Positions 43,965-55,650 of a stretch of DNA of 64,000 nucleotides are shown here, piece after piece. How positions within the stretch are numbered: position 1 is the first letter of the stretch; every line of letters starts with the position of its first letter. The DNA is taken from the NCBI GenBank assembly GCA_010093745.1, contig MU005977.1:186116-250115 (forward strand). Direction: 5' to 3'. Origin of the DNA: Piedraia hortae CBS 480.64 (taxonomy: Eukaryota). The notes beneath the pieces were generated by a model, which searched no databases, was not told the origin of the DNA, and worked only from the letters and a program-made list of their open reading frames with translations. A program made the translations under genes and the position numbers.

Positions 43965-45601
43965 CTAATGACGACGTTGACCCTCGGCCGGCACAGCAGG
44001 CTGCCCATTATCTGTGACAGGGACCGCATTGGAAGTCCAAGCTGTATCTTGCGGAGTTTGAAATTCATCACCGAAATCGAAATCGAAGATGTCGGGGTCA
44101 AAAGCATTTGGATCCCCGGTATTTTCGTACATCTCATTCGTTCTGCCGACAGGGATGCCGTTAGTGGAAGAGGTACCGTCAGCGGTTGGAATGGGATCAA
44201 CGGGAGACAGCGGCTGCAGCCAATCACTCAATTCCTGCACTCTCTGGTTTTGTGCGCTCTGAAGCTGGCTCAAATAATTGATTTGTCTCTGGCTCTCCTG
44301 AAGTTGCGGTATGCTAGGTACTGGCGAATGACCCTCTTCATTCGGTCGATCAGCCAACAGGTCATTGAGCACTGTATTCAGCTGGTCATTGGGCGTGGTG
44401 GGTGCCGGCGTGCTAGCCGTACTGGGATTGAGACTTCTCATGACTTCCATTATCCGGTCATTGCCGTCGACGGGTGGAGCTGCAGTGGGGCTTGCGGCTG
44501 TGTTGGGCGTGGCTGATGCCGGGCCCGGAAGGAGCAGAGGTCTTCGACGCAAAAACTGCGCCGCTTGGTTGGCGTCTAGGTCGTTGACGTCAAACTCCTC
44601 CACTACCCTATTTTCTCCCGAGTTTTGCGCCGCATGGTTCTGGAATAGGTTGACTAGATTGGGCGGTAATTGCCCTTCGATGCCTTGTTGACGGCAGTAA
44701 TTCATCAGAAATGCCAGAATGGAATTAATGCTGTTTTCGTGAACGCTGTGGAGCTGAAGCAGACGGCTGTACTGGTCCTTCAACTGCGAGATGCACTGGG
44801 ACATGAGGCGATTCTGATCTTGTAGCAGCCGTTGCTCCCGCCGCAGACTCATAAGTTCCATATGAGGCATTTGAGCCACGCCGTGGTCACCATTTTGCTG
44901 GCCTTCAGGCGTAAAGGGTCGTTCGTCGTCGCTATCGTACCCATCTCTTCCTTCACGTTTCCGCTTGGCGTTGGTCCTGGTCGGTTTCTGCACAAGATGC
45001 ATGAGCTCGGGCCTATCCCGGTGGAAATAGCGATGCGAGTACATGTTGGGTAGCTTTGTGCCCAATCTCGCCCTTTCTGACTGCCGCAGCGAACCATCAT
45101 TGATATTGACCTGCTTGTGGAAACCGTACATGTTGAGCTGACGAACAAAGGAGGCATAGTTGCTGTGCTTGAACAGTTCCGGTATCAGCTTCCGCGAAAA
45201 CTCTTCTTCGTCCGTGATGACAAAAGCATCGCCAGCTTCGGTCCACCGAATGATATTGGTGTTGTCATGGTCTAGATAGCTGATTCTGTTAGCGTAGTGA
45301 CGTTAGCGGCGGGCGGGGGAACTCGCCTTCTGAGCTTCAAAACAAATGGTGGCGTCTGCTTCTTCCGCCAAGGGTCTTCCTCGCTGGGCGGAGCTGTAGC
45401 CATAGGGTGAGTTGGGTTGCCAGTGGCCCACGCCCCGTCATCACTTTTCGGTGCCAACTGACGGAATTTGGGCCGCTGCACAAGGGACGTCGAAGGTGGG
45501 GCAGGGTTGACGGAGATATCAGTGAAAGAGGACGGAGTGTAGGCCGGCGGTATCGGCTGCGCGCTGTTCGGCGGGAAGTCGCGGAACTTTGGCACCTGCA
45601 T
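43965..45601 (-). CDS. HSF1: Heat shock transcription factor; GC-AG intron 45280-45326
   Basis: TPPFVLKLRS|YLDHDNTNIIRWTEAGDAFVITDEEEFSRKLIPELFKHSNYASFVRQLNMYGFHK HSF DNA-binding domain; heptad repeat ending HENSINSILAFL. Confidence 0.95.
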
Positions 45602-45848
45602 GGCGACAGCCTACCTGGGCGGATGCTGTTTACCAATGACGGTACAATAAAATGTACTATGAGAGAAGCTGATGCTACGAAATGGGATTTCCCTGCAGTG
45701 TCAGGCGCTGAAGACGTCACTCTCCCCATATCAAATTCGCCGCCAACGTCTGCCAAGGCCGACCTTACCACCTCTTCGCTTTCAACTTTCGATGCGTTAC
45801 CTTTGTAGCATTACCTTTGTACTTTTACAGAACAGATAGTAGACAGTC

Positions 45849-46463
45849 TCAACCCTGCTGCTCCAACTCAGCAATCTCGCGTAGCACCTTCTCCTTCCAC
45901 ACCGCGTAGTTTCGCCGCCGCTCGGCGCCAAGCCAGTCGACTGCAGGCTGGAACATTGTGCCAAGACCCTGCATCAGTCCAGAACTTGCCTCATCGTCCT
46001 TATTATCCTCCGCACATATCACAAATGTGCCATGCTTCTCCAAACGCCGTAGGGGTGTGGCCAACGGCGGCACAGAGGACGATTTGTGAGTCGAGGAAGC
46101 TGCTGCACGCCGTTTGGGGCTCGGATTGCGAGCTGCTACTTGGACCAGTTGCCTCTTTTGACCCGCTACTCGAACCGCTGTGGCCCGTAAAGAGCCTTCT
46201 AGATACGTCTTTAGTCGTTTATAAACTCTTGGCGGCACCGGTGGTGTGGGATGGGCAACTTCCAGGTTCAGCCTATTGCTCAACCGCTCACAGGCAATAT
46301 GGCAGCAAGCATATGTGCGACCAACCTCTTCCTCTGCCTTGAGCGTGGCTGCCCGGGTTCGTGACTGGGCCAGAAGAGCAGCGCAGAGGTCCAGCAGTGT
46401 CGGAGGCAGGGGCCAATGAGTAGGCAGAAGTGACTGCAGAGCAAGCTCAATAGTTGATGGCAT
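45849..46463 (-). CDS. ORC6: Origin recognition complex subunit 6 (compact, 204 aa)
   Basis: LLAQSRTRAATLKAEEEVGRTYACCHIACERL, PPVPPRVYKRL, C-terminal GLGTMFQPAVDWL...YAVWK. Confidence 0.88.
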   Translation of the reverse strand: MPSTIELALQSLLPTHWPLPPTLLDLCAALLAQSRTRAATLKAEEEVGRTYACCHIACERLSNRLNLEVAHPTPPVPPRVYKRLKTYLEGSLRATAVRVAGQKRQLVQVAARNPSPKRRAAASSTHKSSSVPPLATPLRRLEKHGTFVICAEDNKDDEASSGLMQGLGTMFQPAVDWLGAERRRNYAVWKEKVLREIAELEQQG

Positions 46464-47124
46464 TTGGCTCTAGATCTACAGTCGCTTAGACCAACGCGAT
46501 GCTAGGGTTGCAAGCTTAGGGTTTGCATCTGGCTTGGCCGGCTGACGATGTGGTTCAGGAACAGCATCATATCATATACCATTGACACAAAGTGAGACGG
46601 TTGAGCCACATACTTGCCAGACGCTGCTTCAAACAGAAAGCCATGCTTGTACTTGGCTGTCATTCTAAGAATAGCTGCCTCGTAACTCTTTCTAAACCAG
46701 CTCGTTGCGGCCGGCGGAAACTCTCTCAGTCAGGTCGATGCAGCCAGTAAAAACTTCCCATTATCAACCCCTCATTGCCATCAAGCCACTCGGACATGAG
46801 CCACAAGAGGAAGTCAATCATACTACCATCGCCGTCTAGCAAATGCAATAGATGAGTGAGGCGCATCGACCGAGGTTGCGCTGCACGTGAGCGGGCCGGA
46901 CCGACAGTGATCCTCGGGGGTAAGACGTTCGCTCCACGAGGCTCTTTCCACCTTTGGTGATCTTAACATCTCGTCCAATCTTGCCCACCACGACGACTTA
47001 TATTGGCCCTGCTGCCTCCTTCCGCTCCCTAGGGCCTTTACGCCCCTTTGCGTTTGTTTCGAAGGCTCCCCTTGTGCCCCTTACCTCGCCCCCTTCCACT
47101 TCGCCCGCGCGCCAGGCTTCCAAG

Positions 47125-48392
47125 ATGAGCGACGAGAAAAAGCGCGACGACGATGCAGTCATCGAAGTCCCCAGCCGACGTCCCTCTCCGTCTCCCGCCA
47201 TGTCCGGCCATGGCTCTGCAGCTGTTAGCAGCGTGGCCAATAGCCCTTTTATCAGTATTCTGGCCTACTGTGGCAGCAGCATTCTCATGACCACGACCAA
47301 CAAATACGTTGTCAGTGGAACGCATTTCAATCTCAACTTTTTCCTACTGGCCGTACAGGTATGTGCTTTGGCTACCGGTTGCGGTTCTCTGACGTTTCTA
47401 GTCTATTGTTTGCATCCTTGCTATTCAGACGGGCAAGTCGCTTGGTGTCATTTCATTTCGTGACTTCAATTCTGACGAAGCACGCAAATGGTTCCCAATT
47501 ACCCTCTTGTTGATCGGCATGATCTACACTTCTACCAAGGCTCTCCAATTTTTGTCTATTCCCGTCTACACTATCTTCAAGAATTTAACCATTATCCTTA
47601 TCGCCTATGGCGAGGTTCTCTGGTTTGGCGGCTCAGTTACACCCATGGCCCTGCTTAGCTTTGGGCTCATGGTCCTGAGTTCCGTGATTGCGGCCTGGGC
47701 TGACATCCAACACGCACTGGCCTCGTACGGCGGTGGAGATGGTGGGCTCGGCGGTGTAAGCGGCGAAGCGGCCGAGAAAATCAGTACTCTGAACGCTGGC
47801 TACATGTGGATGATGATCAACTGCTTCTGTTCGGCCAGCTACGTTCTCGGCATGCGTAAGCGCATCAAACTGACCAACTTTAAAGATTTTGACAGTAAGT
47901 ATGCTCGTCCTAGCCTGGCAAAAATTGACGGCTGCAGCCATGTTCTATAACAATCTACTCTCTATCCCTGTTCTTCTGGCTTGCTCAATTTTGTTGGAGA
48001 ATTGGTCTTCGACCAATCTGCTGCTCAACTTCCCCCAAGAGACGCGCAACTTCATGATCAGCTCCATGATCATCTCTGGCCTCTCAAGCATCTTCATCAG
48101 CTACACTTCTGCATGGTGCGTACGTGTTACGTCGTCGACGACCTACTCCATGGTCGGCGCTTTAAACAAGCTGCCCATAGCCATTTCAGGCTTGGTGTTC
48201 TTTGACGCCCCTGTAACAGTTGGAAGCGTCAGCGCCATCTTCGTAGGCTTCATCAGCGGTCTCGTCTACGCCGTAGCGAAGATGTGGCAAGGCAAAGGCA
48301 AAGGCGGCGGTGTGCGGGAACAGGGCAGCAGTTCCATTCTGCCCACGACCAGCGCCAGTGTGCAAAGCATGAGGGATTCCTTGAAGTCATGA
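47125..48392 (+). CDS. VRG4: Golgi GDP-mannose transporter; introns 47359-47401 and 47895-47937
   Basis: [70 protein letters not shown] (GALNK motif). Confidence 0.96.
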
Positions 48393-48519
48393 AGTCGTTA
48401 GACCGGTGGCACCGGAGTTTGTTCACGGAAATTGAATGCGTGTAGATTAGCTTCATTTGCATAAGAAATATACTCAAAAGTGCATGGGTAATTGATTTTT
48501 TTAACTAAAAATGATCAAA

Positions 48520-49974
48520 TCAGTGATCGAAAGACCTAGCATGGAGCCTCGCATGTCGTCGTGCAAGCATGGGGCTTGAGCCCACCGTCATGATGGTTCC
48601 GAATCCTCCCGCTGTCGAAGAGGGCGTAGCCAAAGTGGAGGCTGCCGATGAGAGGACAGACACCACCGTCGAAGTCGAACTCTCCATTGTCGATGAAGCC
48701 GTGAGGTCGACATATTGCGTTTCAACCTGCGTGATGGTGAAGGTCACGACGTCCAGGCCTTGAGCTTGCAGATCCGCCGATGCTGACGTTACCTGATTAG
48801 AGGTAGATGAGGCGGTCGCAGACTCGGAGGATGCGATAGATGATGACGCCGTAGTCGCTGCCGCGATCTTTTCCGCTGCAGAAAAAACCCGAAGTTGTTG
48901 GGTAGCGTCCCAGGTCAGATACTGCAGCTCCTGGTCCATCTGCTTCGCCTTTTGATATGCCGCGGGACTGAAATCCTTGAGCGGAGCGCAGGTGGGAACG
49001 GGCGCCGGAGTGCGCGCGCCGCCAGGCGGACATGCGTCCATGCTTCCCGTCGGCGTTGGCATTCCTATGTATTGCGTCTTGTCGCCTTGGATGCGGACAA
49101 CCGGCGGCGAGAGCGTGTAGGCTCCGCGGCTCTTGTACTCCTTGACAGCGTCCGTCTGGCCGTTCTCCTGCGTCAATCTCTTGCCCTTTCCCGGACCCGG
49201 GTCGGACGTGACGATTTCAAAATCCGCACACGTTGTGTAGTACTCGTCCTTGCCGTGTGGATAAATGCAGTCCATGCCGGGGTTTGTGGGCCACTGCCAG
49301 ATCCAGTACGTCGTCAGCTTTCCCGCCGGCTGGGATGTTGGGATCTGCACGTTAGATTCGCACCACTGCTCAATGTGCGATTGCGGCTGGCCGGGGACGT
49401 GGTTGGGGTACAACACCTGGCGCGTGAGAGAAATGTTTCCACAATTCATCTCGTAACACCGTCCGTCGTCAAAGTTTTGGGCAGCCAGCAGGAAGCCTTT
49501 GCCGTTGCCGCCGGATCCGTCGGCCGTCCATTCCAACACGTCCACCATTTTGTCGTCTTCTGACGGCTGTGTTGTGCCATACACGAATACCGTCCCGCCC
49601 GCCTTGGGCTTGCCGGCTTGGCTCCATGGAAGGCTGACGTGCCCATTCTCAAGATACTTCAGAGCTACCCAGCTGCCGGGTTGAACCTGGAGCATCGGGT
49701 AGTCTGGGTTAGTGTAGTTTGAGGTACGTTGAGCAGGGTGACAGACATGATCAGATGAGCTGAGACGGATGCGTGCGGATTCATCAGAGGGAATCTGGTA
49801 GCTCATCGAGAATCCATTGAAGGTGCTGTCGGTTCGGGCAACATAACCCCGTGAAAAGCCCCGGCTGCCGGTGTAGCTTCCGTTGGGGCCAATGACCTGG
49901 TACTCTTCTACCCACGAGTGGGATTGAGCTAGACCTGCTAGGACAGAGGCCAGGAGAAGCGTGCGTGCAAACAT
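48520..49974 (-). CDS. Secreted protein with mature N-terminal His (LPMO-like or copper-binding candidate) and Ser/Thr-rich tail
   Basis: Signal peptide MFARTLLLASVLAGLAQS followed by HSWVE; YLENGH; TYWIWQWP; EYYTTCADF; multiple Cys; ends ARRHARLHARSFDH*. Confidence 0.85.
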   Translation of the reverse strand: MFARTLLLASVLAGLAQSHSWVEEYQVIGPNGSYTGSRGFSRGYVARTDSTFNGFSMSYQIPSDESARIRLSSSDHVCHPAQRTSNYTNPDYPMLQVQPGSWVALKYLENGHVSLPWSQAGKPKAGGTVFVYGTTQPSEDDKMVDVLEWTADGSGGNGKGFLLAAQNFDDGRCYEMNCGNISLTRQVLYPNHVPGQPQSHIEQWCESNVQIPTSQPAGKLTTYWIWQWPTNPGMDCIYPHGKDEYYTTCADFEIVTSDPGPGKGKRLTQENGQTDAVKEYKSRGAYTLSPPVVRIQGDKTQYIGMPTPTGSMDACPPGGARTPAPVPTCAPLKDFSPAAYQKAKQMDQELQYLTWDATQQLRVFSAAEKIAAATTASSSIASSESATASSTSNQVTSASADLQAQGLDVVTFTITQVETQYVDLTASSTMESSTSTVVSVLSSAASTLATPSSTAGGFGTIMTVGSSPMLARRHARLHARSFDH

Positions 49975-51637
49975 CGTTGCTGTAAGGTTGGTTGCTGAAA
50001 GATAATGGAATCTTGGTTCTGCTTGAGTGGGTATCGAGTCGAGAGTGAGCGAGAAGAAAATGCTGAAAGCCGTAGGAGAGTAATGTAGAGGTGCAAATAG
50101 GACCAGCCCTGGCAAAATAGGTATATAGCAGGAGACTCCTCTCAACGAAGTGAACGGTGGATATCCAGTGAAGCGAATGACAGAGATTCAGAGCGAGAGA
50201 ATAACGTTAACCTGAGAGGGAGGAAGCAAGAAAGGAAAGAGGAGGGCAGTGAATATACCTTACACCAACCATGCCCTCCTAACAGGTTTTCGCTGCCAGT
50301 GAACAGTTTAGCTTGTGGAAACCACATGGCGGCAGCAGTCAGAAGCATCTACTTCACTTGATAGGCCGGGAAGGCAGCATGTTAACTCCGCACGCGCGAC
50401 ATGCACCTCTTACTGGGGGATGAGGTTTCACACCACGGGCCGTTTCGGAACGGCGCGCTCTAGAGTCAGTTTGATTGGTCACATGCCCTAGCACCCGTTA
50501 ACCCCGGCCTGTCACTGGGCGCTAAACGTCGATTATTTTCTCCGGCCGGATGAGCGCTTGTCGTGCAATGGCGCGCGCTTGCATGCGGTTCCAAAGATAA
50601 CCTTGGCTAGATCATTCTCAAGGGATTAGCTAAGAATAGATGCGAGGGAACTTCACTCTTTTCCTTCCCTGGACACGCCCATCTACAAGATTCCACGAGT
50701 AAGTACTGCACTTATCAAGGCTTGTACCAGCCAAAGACCTCGTCACATTTCTCGACTACAACATTGATGTAATCCATCCAAATATCGACGTATGTTTGTT
50801 GTTCATTTTATGTCTCTATTCCATAGTTCATCACACCTCCTACCAAGCTTGTGTTCAGACCCTATTGGGCATTCGAAGGCGCAGCTAACAATGGCTGTCC
50901 TGATGGCCCGTTTCGACATGCAAGATGTATTCTGGCAGTAATGCAGGCGATGGACGCCGCAAGTGACTAGCTACAAACTTGCTTGACCCTGCCAGGCCTT
51001 TTGATTCAAGAAGCCTAGCATTCCGGAAACTAACTGTGGGGAGATGCGTCAAGGCTTTTGACGCAATTTCTGGCCATTTGCCTCTTGAAGAACATACCCA
51101 GACCGAGGAAAAGGTTCTTTGCAGCAAGTTCCTCGCCCAGGCTCCCAATTTTTCTTCGTCCATTCAACTGACTACTGGCCAGCAATTCTTGCAGCAGCTG
51201 ACTTTGATCAGATCCTGCTGTAGAAAAGGCATGGGAACCGCGCGGGGAATTTCGAGTTATGCTATCGATCCGCAGAGCGCTTTCGACCATTGCATTGGTT
51301 TCGACTTTGTTCATAGAGCCTCGGATATTTGTCGGCTTGTTCCATCGTCTGGGTGGCAACAGAAGTTCCATGGCGCCACCAGGTGCTTTGGCTCAATTGC
51401 GTGCCTGTTTCCTTCATGAAATTAGCAAACAGGACAAGACCTGTTCTTCTTTGGCGCTGATGAGGATAGGCAGAACACGGCGCAACAGCACCCAACCGGT
51501 CCGGGGGTATGCCTCCAACGAAGGAACAAGCGTCAAAACCTACTCAGCGTGTTCCTCCTTCCACCTCATTTTCCTCCTCCACTCATGTTTCTCTATCTTA
51601 CTTAAGGGTTCCCCCCTTGTTTTTACTCTCTCGTGTA

Positions 51638-51669
51638 CCTATCTATACTCCCTATCTATACTCCCTATC
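51638..51669. repeat. 13-bp tandem repeat (CCTATCTATACTC) x ~2.5
   Basis: Read directly. Confidence 0.8.
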
Positions 51670-52183
51670 ATCTCCATCATTCTTCCTCTCTCCTGAACCC
51701 GTTCCAGCAGCCGCCTGTCACTATTCACTCTGGTCTCCCTCTTGTTTCCCAAGCATTCAGCCGCAAAACCAATGCAAAATATCTAATGCTGAACTACAAT
51801 TCCCGGAAAGCCCGAGCAGGTTCATGTCGAAAGGTCTGAGCATGATGCATCCTCTTGAATCAACTCGTGCGAGCAGGAAAGAATTCAACAACAAATAAAA
51901 CTTTGATAAACGATTGCCTACTCCAACAGGGTTGCCAGAAACCCAAATCTTTGATATATTTCAAGCAACCCTTTCAAAAAGGCTACTGATTAGACAGTAA
52001 TTTATTTGTGAACTTTTCCCTATGATAAACGACATCTACATACAATGAGGAAGCCTGAGATCAAGTATTCTAAGCAAGTATGTGTGCGCAAAAGTATAAC
52101 CCGCCCACTTGAACAAGGAACAAATCTTCAAAGAAAAAATCATCCGATTCATGAACAATGAACATCTCGCAGAAGTGTTCCAT

Positions 52184-52190
52184 AAAAAAA
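52184..52190 (-). terminator. Pol III terminator (T7) of tRNA-Leu
   Basis: A7 on the plus strand, 7 nt downstream of the tRNA 3' end. Confidence 0.8.
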
Positions 52191-52197
52191 GCCAGAC

Positions 52198-52321
52198 TGA
52201 CGAGGGTGGGACTCGAACCCACGAGGATTGCTCCACTAGTAATATGATGTAATTACGGTGAGGATAATTCCTTAGCGTAGTTTACCTGAAACTAGCGCCA
52301 TAACCACTCGGCCACCTCGCC
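52198..52321 (-). tRNA. tRNA-Leu (anticodon CAG) with a 43-nt intron (52242-52284)
   Basis: GGCGAGG/CCTCGTC acceptor with A73; TGGCCGAGTGG A box; CTAGT-TTCAGG[intron]T-ACTAG; long variable arm GGA-GCAA-TCC; GTGGG-TTCGAGT-CCCAC. Confidence 0.95.
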
Positions 52322-55300
52322 CTTCATATCACTCAAATAGTGAGGATCAAAATATATAAATAAGGCAAACAGAGATTTTATACGGTCGTGGACATGACTG
52401 ATATGGCCTTGGCGCATAATCATCAAGTATGTTAAACTGAGATGTTTGAGAGCAGGAATGAGCTCCGTCCGTTTGTTCGTGCTGGTTTCGCTCCTCCCCT
52501 TCCCCCTTTACCGCCCGGAAAGGAGTGATTGATTGATATTCCAGAATTTTGTAATCATCTCTGTGCGTACGGGTTAGAAATTTTGGCTGGATTCAATGTT
52601 ATTGGTATTGGACGGACAATGATAACATCGTAAACAAGAAAGCATACCATGTATTTCGCTGCGGGAATTCCTTTTGGCCCTCTGTATGAGTATCGTAGGA
52701 GGAAGTCGTCTCTAGACTCGTATTATATATTTTGTGGTAGAATGGTGACAAATTAAACGATGAAAACTTGAAGAGACATTGCGAGCTAGCACGATGCGAA
52801 TCATTCAGAGTTGGCTATGTTTCCTTTTTGGCAGGAAGCAAACAATTCCCTCCTTTACTCTGCCTTTGGGCAATGGATAACTTAGAAGATGGGCTTATCC
52901 ATTTCTAGGCACCAATTTCTATATGCTCTGTGTGAGCCAACAACTTTGTTCTATGGCTGATGAATGAACATCATTCTAGATTCCTGAATATGGTTTACCG
53001 CTCGTCAATTGCTGTGGAACCTCTTACCTTCTGACAGCCCATGAAATAATTTTAAGAGGACGAAAGAATGACTATCGGTGGATCTAGCAGCTCAACATAG
53101 TCTCTGTTCTCCTCTGTCACTCGGCAGTCAGTTACGGATTGTCTGCGTTTGGAAACGTCTAGCCGGTGATTCACCTTGAAAGCGGGATTAGCGACGCGCA
53201 GAGCTGTACATCAACCAGCTCCCTCCATCCGAATCTATGACGTTCTTCCAAACCATTGGAGAAGCATTTGTTAATCTACAGGAATTTCCGCGTGGCATTT
53301 TGCCCAACCCAGTCTCTCCATCAAAGGATCAAGGCCAGCCTTCCCATTTTGGGATCGGGTGTGGAGCAGACGGCGATTGTGGCGAACACAAACTTTTTAG
53401 AAAGCCTAATTCCACCCGACATCTTGGCGACTGACTCGTGCATTGTAAGTGACCATATCGGTCTGAGGTACCGTGACAGATCAGCCAACTTTTTTTTGAA
53501 CAATGTGGCGAATGGGCATGCTCGACTGAAATGAATCAGGAACAATCCACTGAGGTCGTTGGGTGTCACGGAACCATATCGCAGCCACGTGACCCGGCAC
53601 CTCACCTCCAGCCCATAGCGTAGTTAACTCTTCCGTAAGGCACAACACAGTTATAAGGATAGCATAGTCCGCGATGTGATATTGGGAACATGGGGGCGGG
53701 ACCTCCTTGGTACTTTTGAACAATACCGTGTGTTAAGATCTACAACTCTACAAGCCGGCAGGAGTGCAGTCAAAGAATGTGGGCTAGGCTCTGGATTTCT
53801 CTTTTTAGGCCTGAGCTCGAAGATTGGAGTAGCTGTTCAAGGGCAAAGCTTTGATGTTTGTGCACAGAAATGCTCCTGCCGAACGAGGTTGCTATGAAGA
53901 CTTTAGTAGGATTACGCTCGATATTGATAATGCAGCAAACGAGCTGGGGTGGTCATTGATGCTCATCCAAGACTCGTTCGGTTTTACATTCGAGATAAGA
54001 CTCAGGAAGCAACTAAAATAAGTCGGGGAGCGTGTTTCTCGCTGAGCAAGTTGCTGGATAGAAGGACAGAGCAGTGATTAGAATGCTGGGCTGATTTTGC
54101 TATTTATTCGTCACAGTGCACTATTTCCAGACCAACAGGCACCATAGCCAGACCATGGAGTTGCACCAGGGTTGCGGTGAAGAAAGGGAGCGGACCATGC
54201 TGACCCTGAAACCACGTATCCAGATTTCAGAACCAGACACGCCCCAATCATCAACGTTTTCGATACCAGCCAACCAGCAAGCCACCCAACCACGACAGAT
54301 CTGATGAGGCTACAACAAGCCGAAAATTCACCAGCCTTTCTCACAACCGAAAACTCGATAGATCCATTGATCCCCTGCAGCCTGCAAGCTTGGTTTCTCT
54401 GATAAGCACTGCTGAGCCAGTACTAAAGGAGTCGTGAGGCACGCGTTGAGTAAGAGGTGCAGCACGCTGACGCCTCGCGACAATTTCCACAAAATGATGG
54501 TTCTCGTAGACTATTGCGGTTTCTAGTTAACGAAAGGGGCCAGCCACAACCCACATACGTCAGATGAGGCTGACCCGCTGAGCGAGTTTCTAAGAATGCA
54601 TCGCTCAGGAGGGATAACTACCGGTGCATATCTGTGGGTCGTCTGCGCCTCGCAATAATTTGGTGGTGGGGTACTTGATTAAAGCAGTAGGGTGGACGAA
54701 CAGCGGCTCATGTTTGATGTGCAAGTCCCGGCGAACAGGTACGACCGCGAAACAATGAGTGAAGGATCAATTCGCTTCGAGCGAATGCATGTATGCCGCC
54801 ATGATCGATTTTGGACAATTTGTCTAAAGCTCCTCATGTTCACATGTGTCGAGAACTCTGCATATGTATCTTGAGTTGCAAATCTTTCTTCCCTGATCAT
54901 TTATTGAGTTGAGTCTGGACTTCAAACTCATATCGGTAGGGTATCTGACTCTAGAATCAAATCAATAGGGCAACTGACTGCAGAGTGTGAAGTCTGTTGC
55001 CACGCGCCTCCCAACTGCAGACATAGGATCATGCAGTGCGGTCCTACTTAAATCGACCAGGTATTACCAAGTAGCTCAGCAGCCACTCCCGGTTTCTCCG
55101 ATCATCTTTCCATAGCCGTCAGACCCCGGTGAGCCTCGGCTGCATTTGGATGAGCGTTAACACGTCACACTACGCGTCAGCATCAAGATCTTGCAGAACA
55201 TCTATCCAATTAGGCTTTGCGGTGGCACTGATCTCTCATGCAATTAATCGAACATACAAAGAGGCGCGAATGGTTTTTTTCATGGCAACAAACTCTTGCT

Positions 55301-55650
55301 ATGCTCCAGTGTACGCGATGCATGAGGGCAGACCCGACAGACCGGCATTAATTAATAACAAATGACGCTAAGACAGTTAGGAGCAAGGGATTTGTGTTTC
55401 TCGGGGTCTTACATTGAGTAAATCCCCCGACCCAAGCTGCCGGGGCGGCTGCTAAGTAGGGTTCCTACGGGGTCCTCACAGGGTCTTGATTAATGGAGTG
55501 ATGATGACGGAATTGGTGGGGTTTTAATGAGCTTGCCTCGGTTATGTCCCGGCATCGCCCGACGTCGAATAGAATGCCTTGACCGTTGTCAAGTATGAAT
55601 TTTCCATGTGCTATGCCAATCGTCAAAGAATATGTACATCATCTCCTCGT

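Noticed and set aside
50439..50463. Hairpin GCCGTT-TCGG-AACGGC followed by CTAG as a Helitron 3' end
   Set aside because: Short spacer, followed by A rather than T, 8 kb and several genes away from the Helitron-like fragment; equally compatible with a promoter CCG/CGG site
50885..51900. Several 90-145 aa overlapping ORFs between the secreted-protein gene and tRNA-Leu
   Set aside because: No recognisable domain or convincing gene structure; may be another decayed island
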